Source of the DNA: Mytilus californianus
Lineage: Eukaryota
NCBI RefSeq assembly: GCF_021869535.1
Contig: NW_026262690.1
Span: forward strand, 125,488,001-125,552,000
Length of the DNA stretch: 64,000 nt
Direction: 5' to 3'
The first letter of the stretch is position 1. Each line of letters starts with the position of its first letter. A model generated the notes under the pieces. It was not told the DNA's origin. It saw only the letters and a program-made list of their open reading frames with translations, and made no database searches. This document shows positions 28,301 through 37,500 of this stretch, in pieces. Position numbers and translations under genes: made by a program.

Positions 28301-31007
28301 TGAAATAATTTATAGATTTGAAGTAAAATAAATTGTCACTTTTTACAGTTTGATATAGAATTTAAAATAGCTTTAAACTAATATTAGTCAATACAATTTA
28401 TTCAATTCAATTCAAAATGCCCCTGATACTTATTGTGTGTTCTTGTAAGGTTCAGAGTTATATATTATATATATATAGGCAAAAAATAAATCAAAATTCT
28501 CTAAAATAAATAACTTATTTTAAAGTTTATCTGTTCACATAAATTAAAGACAGATATGTACATATTCAATGGACGCACTTTATTTAATTTAATTTAAAGC
28601 TACACAAGTAGTTTCTAAGTGAAAACTCTTACTGACAGATTTCTTTGAACAAGAATGTGTCCATAGTACACGGATGCCCCACTCGCACTATCATTTTCTG
28701 TCTTCAGTGGACCGTGAAATTGGGGTCAAAACTCTAATTTGGCATTAAAATTAGAAAGATCATATCATAGGGAACATGTGTACTTAGTTTCAAGTTGATT
28801 GGAATTCAACTTCATCAAAAACTACAATGACCAAAAACTTTAACCTGAAGCGGGACAGACGGACAAACGGATGAATGAACGACGCCCAGACCGAAAAACA
28901 TAATGCCCCTAGGTGGGACATAAAAATAAATTGAAGCCAGTATTTCATAATAGAAAGTTATTTTTTTGGCAACTCATATGTAGTAGTAATGCAATTCTGT
29001 CAAGGTGAGAAAGCACACCAGACCTGTCATATATTGAATTCATCTTTTTTTTTCTTTTATGGTCAGGGTTCGGATGGGTGGAATTTTATTTGTCACCCTT
29101 TTTCAGACAAATAAGGTTATGAAAAAGCTAATTAAAAAAAATGAGCAGAAGATAACACAGTGATAGTCAAACTGATAAGTCTAAATCATGTGACAATACC
29201 ATGGCAAAATAATGAAAAACGATCCAAAGATAGTCAAACTGATAAGTCTAAACCAAGTGACAATACCATGGCAAAATAATGAAAAACGATCCAAAGATAG
29301 TCAAACTGATAAGTCTGAACCAAGTGACAATACCATGGCAAAATAATGAAAAACGATCCAAAGAAGGTCAAACTGATAAGTCTAAACCATGTGACAATAC
29401 CATGGCAAAATAATGAAAAGCGATCCAAAGAAAGTTAAACTGATAAGTCTAAACCATGTGACAATACATGTACCAGGCAAAATAATGAAAAACGATCCAA
29501 AGAAAGTCAAACTGATAAGTCTAAACCATGTGACAATACCATGGCAAAATAATGAAAAACGATCCAAAGATAGTCAAACTGATAAGTCTAAACCATGTGA
29601 CAATACCAGGCAAAATAATGAAAAACGATCCAAAGAAAGTCAAACTGATAAGTCTAAACCATGTGACAATACCATGGCAAAATAATGAAAAACGATCCAA
29701 AGAAAGTCATACTGATACATTTTGTAAGTCTAAACCAAGTGACAATACCATGGCAAAATTATGAAAAACGATCCAAAGATAAACAACAGTAGACAAAACA
29801 CATTCTAGAAAACTAAAGACTGAGCAACACGATCCCACAAAAAAACGTGGTTGATCTCAGGTTCTCCAATTGGGTAAGCAGATTCTGCTCTACATGTGGC
29901 AACTGTCATGTTGCTCATGCAAGTACAAACCTGGGTATAAGTCTAATTTGGTACATTGGATCAAAGGCAAAGGTAATATAAATGGTAAATAATTACACTT
30001 ATGTTAACCTATTAATTATAACTTTAGTATGTGAGTATTATTATATGATGCTTTGACATGCACAGAAATTAATTTTGTTGTAAGTGGAGAACCAATCCAA
30101 TGTTTGGATAATAATGGTAGTTGTAAGGTCTGTTGTGGTCCATCTTTGTAATTGTGTTAACAGTGAAATGTCAATTAAAAAGTGATCCCAATTCTTTTTT
30201 ATTTTTAAATAAACAAATATCAAATAATTGAGGTCTACAAGTGGGAGGTTTAACTAGCTATAAAACCAGGTTTCACTGACCATTTTCTTAGGAAGGAATA
30301 TGAAAGTTGTTTTCTGCTTGTTCCGTTTGTTGATCACATTTGATTTTGTCTGTTTTTTCATCTTCCCCTTTTTGAATTTAACTTGGAGATTGTTTGTTTC
30401 TTTTGTTTAAACATTTTACATATTACACCAAATCTCACGGATTAACAGTTTAGTGAAGAAACTGGGCAAAACAATGCATTAAGTTATCTTTCCTACCAAG
30501 ACTATGGGAGAAAAGGAATATATGTTGGGTATATGTGAGTTAACATGCCCAAATGTACGGTGGATAAATTATCTATATGTATTAAATGCATTGTATTTTA
30601 TCATTGTTATTCTTTATCATTAAAGTTATAGGAAGGTCTTCAAAAATGTTTTAAACTACTTCACAAACCTTTTCTAATTCGTTGTAGGTCTGAGCTGGAG
30701 TAATTGAATTGAGGATACTTTGAATCCAGGTTATAATGTTGTAATGAAAGTAAGGATTAGGGTTATGGGTTGGGTTAGGGTAAGGGTTATTTTACCAGTT
30801 TTGTTAAATTTGTCTTTTTACAAATTTTAGAGAAGCAACCACTTACAGAAAATGTACATTCCACACTAACTCCACATAGGAACCCCAATTTAATATGTAC
30901 TGAAATTTCTGTGGAAACCATTCTTACTTCTAAAGTACATGTTTCTTCAGTAAAATGACAGATTATACCTGTAAATTATCTGTTAATCTGTGAACTCTGT
31001 CATCCAT
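4324..31007 (-). CDS. CEP128: Centrosomal protein of 128 kDa homologue (long coiled-coil, subdistal appendage protein), ~978 aa, ~27 coding exons
   Basis: Phase-consistent GT-AG exon chain (5'->3'): 30969-31007, 26783-26869, 26180-26257, 25408-25422 (tentative), 22484-22668, 21991-22063, 21552-21671, 20589-20678, 19363-19437, 18837-18954, 18152-18315, 17379-17644, 16687-16861, 16264-16383, 15578-15709, 14882-14956, 13648-13734, 12933-13079, 12021-12118, 11503-11569, 8498-8575, 8029-8079, 7393-7564, 6957-7006, 5651-5767, 4801-4908, 4324-4473 (TAG). Peptides match vertebrate CEP128 as recalled: RVHRLTDNLQGTTRNLRSLDRML, TVRFADD..LHTLNNSLRDLS, LDQSEGGK, KARAQETVRQWKMKVKQLERE, IKELSSIKAEIAAKLSE, IAEAKTKMKWL. 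ATG at 31007 has an in-frame upstream stop and AAAATGG context. Confidence 0.9.
6192..6773. mobile_element. Kolobok-type non-autonomous DNA transposon
   Basis: TTAA|AGGAGAAGGTCC ... GGGCCTACTCCT|TTGA: AGG termini, TTAA-like TSD, imperfect TIR. Confidence 0.65.
8750..8930 (+). mobile_element. Abundant bivalve interspersed repeat (CCTGAGATCACCCC...GGTATCTTTCGCCTCTCTT family; possibly retroelement 3' end)
   Basis: Homologous copies in this window at 45945-46165 (+), 29130-29900 (-), 40670-40750 (-), 61425-61497 (+). Confidence 0.7.
9530..9725. mobile_element. Interspersed repeat fragment
   Basis: The 3' part (GTCTCTTTGACATATTCCCCATTTCCATTCT) is the reverse complement of 57783-57820. Confidence 0.55.
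10001..10203. mobile_element. hAT-like MITE (same family as 1783-1947)
   Basis: TIR AGCGTCTGGATGGG / CCCATCCAGACTCT; degenerate 8-bp TSD TTTACATG/CTTACATC. Confidence 0.65.
12297..12665. repeat. 46-bp minisatellite, 8 near-identical copies
   Basis: Unit CATGTGAAGCATGCTGTTTCACATAATTAATGCTAGTCATGTGACC; period confirmed by 12297 then 12343. Confidence 0.95.
13772..13957 (+). mobile_element. Short TIR element (MITE); inverted copy at ~58495-58680
   Basis: Imperfect 19-bp TIR ATAGACCTTATCACTATTT / AAATAGCGATAAGGTGTAT. The body is the reverse complement of 58495-58680. Confidence 0.7.
20158..20329. mobile_element. PIF/Harbinger-like MITE (degenerate)
   Basis: TTA|GGGCTTTTCCAGAA ... TTCTGGAATTGCCC; related to 27541-27747. 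Confidence 0.55.
23548..24840 (+). mobile_element. HINE/pearl-like element with two ~492-bp internal tandem cores
   Basis: The core TTGACTATAAAGGGCAATAACTCCTTAAGGGGTCAA recurs at 23795 and 24287. 3' GGAC(GAC) microsatellite, terminal hairpin AGCTCACTTGACC/GGTCAGGTGAGCT, then A-run. Confidence 0.75.
27541..27747. mobile_element. PIF/Harbinger-like MITE
   Basis: TAA|GGGCCGTTCCA ... TGGAACAGCCC|TGA. Confidence 0.6.
28648..28926 (+). mobile_element. Short HINE/pearl-like element
   Basis: AACAAGAATGTGTCC start, degenerate (GACG/ACGG) microsatellite, 3' hairpin ATGCCCCTAGGTGGGACAT plus A-run; same architecture as 40961-41527. Confidence 0.65.
29162..29785. repeat. 67-bp tandem array (~9 copies) inside an interspersed repeat copy
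   Basis: Unit GATAGTCAAACTGATAAGTCTAAACCATGTGACAATACCATGGCAAAATAATGAAAAACGATCCAAA; starts at 29162, 29229, 29296 and onward. Confidence 0.95.
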
Positions 31008-32799
31008 TTTATGTCATTCTGTGGTTCATATTAAATCTGTAAATAAACAAAAAATGTAAATTACAAAATGTCTTAAATAGATGGTTCTTCTAAAATATTT
31101 AAATCCAATTTATCATAACTAATGTTAGAAAGCATGTCACTCATCGCAACAGGGCGAAATGCAATGTACCGGTACCCTACATATTCAATTGTGCTTGCTC
31201 AGATCAAGGAATGAGACATACTGTGGACATCTTTCTTGTATTACTGTCGTAATAGTTTCAATTTTTTGTATTTTAACACTGATTATTATATATTTCTGTC
31301 CAATCTTTATGGCCTTTACACACTTTTACAGCCATGATGCCATCTGAAGCTCTCAATAGGGTTGAACTTAGGCACTTGACCAAGCTCCAGTTGTGTCTTT
31401 ATTTGATTTCTTATTTGTTTATGTGAGGTATAGCTTCATCACACAAACATTTACTTGGCATCTTGTATTTGAAATACCAAGGACAGGCAAATTTTGACAA
31501 AACAATAGAATATAGTGAACAGTGGTACCTCTAGGTTACTTTTTAAGTAGAGGAATGGAACAATTATTTGTTTATCTTTCTGTTTATAGGTGTTCACCAA
31601 ACATGTATATGACATACAAACATGACAAAAAATGTACCATTGGTGGATTGTTGCTTGCTCATGTTGCTTAACATCAAGGGACAAAAATGTCATTCATATT
31701 TAAAATAAGTATCCCGTAGACCAGAGTGAAAAATTTGCTGTTAACTGATAGTTTCAAATACAGCTTCAGTCATTATCAGTTTATCATGGAACTGTCTCTC
31801 CAAAAGACTTATTATCTCCCATCTTTGCCAAATGACTATAACAAATTTCATAGGAAAAACATGTATCAACTACATAAGAAAATTAAACAGGTCAACAAAC
31901 ATTTATATGTTTACCATTACATGTATATAAAAATCTCCAATATTTTCAAATAATTTTTTACTGTAATGATTTGCATATTCTGTATTTTAAGATAATTTCA
32001 GGCAGAAAACCAATTTCTCATTTCAAAACTATTACTAAAACATAGTAAGCCATACTGACAATGGGTCAATGCATGGTAACATTCTTTTGTTTACATTCCA
32101 TGCTAGCCATTCCTGGATAACCATTATCAAAATTAAAGTATTCATTTGTGTTTATGTTGTAGTTTAAAATCTAAAATATATTTCTATGCTTGGCATACAA
32201 CATTCATGATATAAATGTACATCATCAAAGGCAATGGTGTCCTACTTTATTTTCTTCTCCTTACCTATATATTTTCTGCACATTAAGCACCATAAAACAG
32301 CAAATTGTATCCAAACTGCAGCTAAATGCAATTTACTTGTCAACTACATCCCAAAATTAGTATTTGTTCATAGATAATAATATTCTAAATCCCACCTTCA
32401 AATTTGTACACTGTCTCGTCACTACAAATTGTTTAATGTTGCATGCCCGTTCTTGTTCACGTATGGTGGCAGTTCATTCAATGAACACCGATCAGATAAT
32501 TGCCACCAATTTAATTAACAATCAATAGGATTAATTAAATAAACAATTTATGCCTTACTCTCTAATTAATGAATCTAATTACAGATTTAAGAGAAATGTC
32601 ATTAATTATATCTATATTTTAATTAGATATTTATATCCAAGGCAATAAAACATTTTAAATTTGAAAGTCCGTATCTTATTTATTTTTTACACTGACTCAA
32701 GTTCAAAGTTGTTACAGCTAATTTTTTTTTTCAATTTAAGATTCATAATTTAATATATTTAGTTGGGGCACTGTTTTTTAGGATGCTACGGACAAAAGA

Positions 32800-34050
32800 T
32801 TATTGACGATCGATCAGTTCAGGCATGTTTTGTTTACATCGGAGACCGCCATCGAGCACCTGCCGTCGATTTTGTAAACTTAACCATGATTGGACGAAAT
32901 GAAGTTTCATTATGAACCGAGAAACAAGTTAAATAAAGATACAGAAACAACGGTCTCTTAATAAATAAATAAATAATAAATAAGCTTTATTTAGAGTCGG
33001 CAAGGTATACAAACATCTCTTATTGTCGGGATTTGTAAAAGAAATAATTCTTTCATGTACCCATGTTAAAATGAGCACAGATAATGACATGCATATTAGC
33101 CGAATATTATTCCGATTATAAGCCAATATTAAGATATTCTGTACTTCAAAGCGGACCTATAGTACACGTTTAAAAGGCAGTCATCTTGCCATTTTAATGA
33201 AGTCAGAACGTCAAAGATAATCAACCGCTCACGATAAAAAAATGAACAGATACATGTAAACTTAATTTTAGAATGATTTTATTTAACTTCCTAGTGGAAA
33301 CACAATGTCCATTTTGATCTCACGCGTTGTTCAAAATACAAATGATGTTGCAATTTAGATATTACGCCAATCACGCGCAGCCCATTTTCTATATTGGCGT
33401 TAGAACATGGCTTTGTTTACGAAGCGAAAGAACTTGGACGTCATAATTAGAATTGACTCTTATACATGTTAAAGTAGCCTGCAAGTATCAAAATATCTCT
33501 TAATTATTATTCAAATCCCTGAATATATATAGTAACCTCTCGATCAGCACCAATTAAATCCTTGGATTTAATAATGGAATATAAATTTGAAAGTACGTAA
33601 TATTGAAATATGGAATCTTAACTGGGGACTTTAATCATTAAGATTTTATCCGGAACATTAAATAAGAAAACAGTCTTAAATACAACAGGGGAAAAGAAAA
33701 CAGAGAGTTCATTTCCCCCCAAGCAACTGTGACTAGATTTAGACACATTTTCAAAGGACAATCTGTCTTCAAATTAACGATTGTTACACGTACACCTTTT
33801 CTACACCGTGTCTCCAACACATAGCAAAAACATTATCTTTTGATGAGTATCAGATGTGTTTCTTTACGTAATAATCAACTGAATAAACAAAATACGGAGA
33901 AGAAAATACTCTTGATAAAACTGTTTAACATATTACAATTTTACATCCCTTTCCTGTATCAGTTAATAAACTTTGACCATGTCTATCTGTCTCGGGTTAT
34001 CACTGTCACTGATACTAATGGATAACGCACTGCTCTAAGCCGAACAGGTA
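32800..34050. promoter_or_regulatory. Putative divergent promoter region between CEP128 (-) and the calmodulin-like gene (+)
   Basis: Locally CpG-richer patches. CCAAT boxes at ~32889 (ATTGG), ~33367 (CCAAT) and ~33393 (ATTGG). Candidate non-coding first-exon donors on the minus strand at 32837 (CCGAT|gtaaac) and on the plus strand at 34048 (ACAG|gtaagg). TSS positions are not determinable from sequence. Confidence 0.5.
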
Positions 34051-34587
34051 AGGATTTCTTTTTTCATTATTCATTGTTGTACAACACGTACATAATATAA
34101 CTATCACTATATAAACTCACAATTCAAACAATTCAAATATTAATACCAATTAATTATTTTATAAGAATCATTAAAGTACTACGGAAAGTAAAAACAAAGA
34201 CAATATTAAATATATTTAAGCTATCTGTAATTTTACATGGCTTCAATCGTTTACACTCAATTTTATACATATGTTATCTAAAATTTATTGCACACTGGTC
34301 CAGCAGCTCAATTCATATTTGCATTAAACCATTAATTAAGTCATTTAATTGTTAGAAAAGCCCTTCTAAGGTTTACCTGAGCAATGTTGATTACAACAAC
34401 TGGTCATCAAAATAGAATTGACAAATCGTGTAACAAAATTAGTTAACTCATGTATAAGTTTGGGTATAAATTGTTTAACTAAATCATTGCCTGATATGAA
34501 TATCAAAATGCACATTTTAATTGTGTGGAATTTACTCGGTGTGTTTCGGTACATTTCAGGATCAAATATCTTGACAGACCAGGTGTC

Positions 34588-37500
34588 ATGGTATGTATAT
34601 TTTTACTTTTTTAAACAAGCGGTGGAACCAAGATTTTCAAAAAGAGAAAAATAAGGGTGCGGCTTGAAGTCTACTAAAAACAAAGGGAAAGTAAAATATC
34701 AGAAAAGGTACCACAAAGCAAATTTCTGTAATAAAGGACGCAGGGGGTCAGATCCACCCATGTGTATAAGATAGTTAGGTTACAAGCAAATCTACGGAAT
34801 GAACTTAAACGCTAGTCGTAACGCGAGGAGAGCCACATGATGCAATCAAAAATAGCACAATACATGACTCATAAATTTCTTGTAAAAACTCGAATGCTAT
34901 AGTTTGAAAAGAATCAAGTAAGTCCACCACACGGGAAGGGGTAGAAGTAATTTTATGATAGCTGTAGGAATGTTTAACGATCAGGGGTTTATTAGAAACT
35001 GTCCTGAAATTAAATATTTGGTTCCTATCATAGCACACCTATTCACCTGATAAAAATTTTATATTAAAAAATATTGGTATTTATCACTTACATACATATA
35101 TGATTGTTATGTCAACATTCAGTATCTGTTATATCTTAAATTTTTCTTGATAAACCTGATATTGTTATACACACAATATTCGTACAGTGTCGGAAAATAT
35201 AAATTTATTTGACGAGCTTTAGAAACAGAGCCGTAGAAAAGCGAGGCTCGCAGGGCTTTTATCAGGTGGAGGTGTTTCGTAGCGAGTACAAAATAAATTT
35301 TATGTTTCGATCTATATTCGATTAATTTTGCAGGATAGATATAAATAAAAGTGAAGTAGAAGAAGTTGAACAAATGTAGAATAGAAAAATCAAAATCCAT
35401 AGAATAATACCCGAACGAGAAGATGATATAAGGGCATTTTTCTCATGTATTTGTTTCACTCACAGGAATAACAACTGTTGTGAATTCCTACTGAAATTTG
35501 AAGATTAAAAAATCTATATCATATACTTAAATCGTATTCGGCATTTTTTTCATATTTTCTATAAAATAAAAATATTATTCAGCGTTATATTATGATCCTA
35601 TAGCTTTACTTTTAATAGAAATTTTGTTTTTGGTTAAGAATGTCCTTCATATACATCTTTTGTACAGTGTTATAAATTTGACTCAAAATGTGCTAACATC
35701 CGAGCCATTTGCGGTTATCATGGGCTATATACAGGCGTTTATAAATGATTTGGAAATCTGTTAAGAATTTTAATAAAAAAAAAAATATAATATTGCTAGA
35801 AATTCGACAATGGTCCGGAAGCAAGGTAAACATATCCTGATATACATAGGCGACACCCGTCATATTGCCATGTGGTCAACACCGGACCATTCAGATTCGG
35901 TACAAGAGCATGCATAGCATTCTATCGAGGAGACCAGTTGGAACACACTCACCTAATGACAAGACCGTACAATTCGAGGGCGACTATAAAAACTGAAAAC
36001 AACACGTTATAAATTTCATGCGTCCGAAGCGCTTATCTGGATTTACCTTCATCAGGAACGCTTTTAGGCGAATATTTGAAAGTCAATGATGTATAAGAAC
36101 CGAAACAGTTGAAGATCTATATGATCAAAAAGGACCTAAAAAATAGCCAACTCTACTTAAGGTCAACTTTGCCTTGAACGTGTTAAATAAGCACAAAAAC
36201 GTTCATTGTACACTGCAAATTCAAAAAAAGTATACAATCCAAAATATTACATGAAAAAAAAAAAAAAAAAAAATCAGCATTAACATTGTTATATATGCTC
36301 TTTAAATTAACATATACAGACCGTAATTTTTATCATGCATTGGCGTTGTGACATAGTCTCACCCCCCCCCCCCCCCCCCCAATTTTTGAAAGGGGACAAT
36401 TGCACCCGTGCCCCGAACTCCTATGCCAGTGTCATGTTTTTTTTAATTTAATTTTCAATGTATCATTCTACATTTTGTAAATAGAAAATTAGTATATCAA
36501 AATTTTCATTTTTTTCAGGGTGATAAACTTTCCGAGGAACAATTAAAAGGTAGGAATTTAAAACAGCGATAGTTGCAATGAAACGATGTATAGTACTAAG
36601 TTGTAAAGTTCTATTGTGAACTATTTACCAATTTAAGTTAATCATTTTGTCTTTTATACTTGATAGTCTAGTAAAAAGCAGGGAATCTTCATTTGTCTCG
36701 TCCAGAAGATCATGAAATATTTGCCACTGGACGATAATAAGTAATCGATCAACCAATCACATAAATAAACTCGACAGCGGTATAGAAATCAGTTGCAGTT
36801 TCTTTTCCTTTTTCAAGATGTTTTCTATATCATTATATTTCAAAAATGCAGGTTAGGTCCAAAATGACATCGTCTGTAAACATTTTCAAAGTTGCAATGA
36901 CCTTTTTCAGAGGTTCGTGAAGCCTTCACATTGTTTGATCTGAAAAACGAAGGAAAAATTCCCAATGAAAAAGTTGGTCAGGCAGTGCGATCTTTAGGCC
37001 TTAATCCATCAGAAGAAGACGTACAACATATGATTCGGGAGGTTGATGTCAGAGGTATGTTCTCTCTTTCAATCAGGGTCAATTGAAAACGATAGTCATA
37101 CTGTTAACAATGATCTCAATATTATAGGAAGTAACCAATATAACAATGGAAAGCGCTTTTATATCTGCTCTCATTTTGTCAGTTTATTGCACGTGACTTA
37201 TGACCAATTTTTTTTTCTTTACGATTTGTCTGTGTTCGTGTAGTGACTACTGGCAAACTTGTAGAGGAATGAATCCCCCGTTGGTTAGAAATCCAGACCA
37301 GGACTACCGCTGCTTACATGGAATCTTTAAAGAACCAATGACCATGTCATTAAAATCAATGTCATAATTTTAAACGTTTGAAGTCCTTGGACTCCCTAAA
37401 GGTTAAACAGTTCCTCCTCCACTAGTGGCACCCAAGTCTAGCTTATGGCGAGTAAATGTTTAGCGATCCTATACCAGAGTAAATGTAATACCGTAAATAA

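Noticed and set aside
29234-29764. Several overlapping ORFs in the ORF track
   Set aside because: They are by-products of the 67-bp tandem repeat on both strands.
36338-36431. Possible Transib/RAG-like mini-element (CA..GTG ends, 5-bp TCATG flanks) around the poly-C tract
   Set aside because: The ends fit a decayed CAGTGGCGTAG-type hAT MITE better; the TIR match is only 8/11 and the 5-bp match may be chance.
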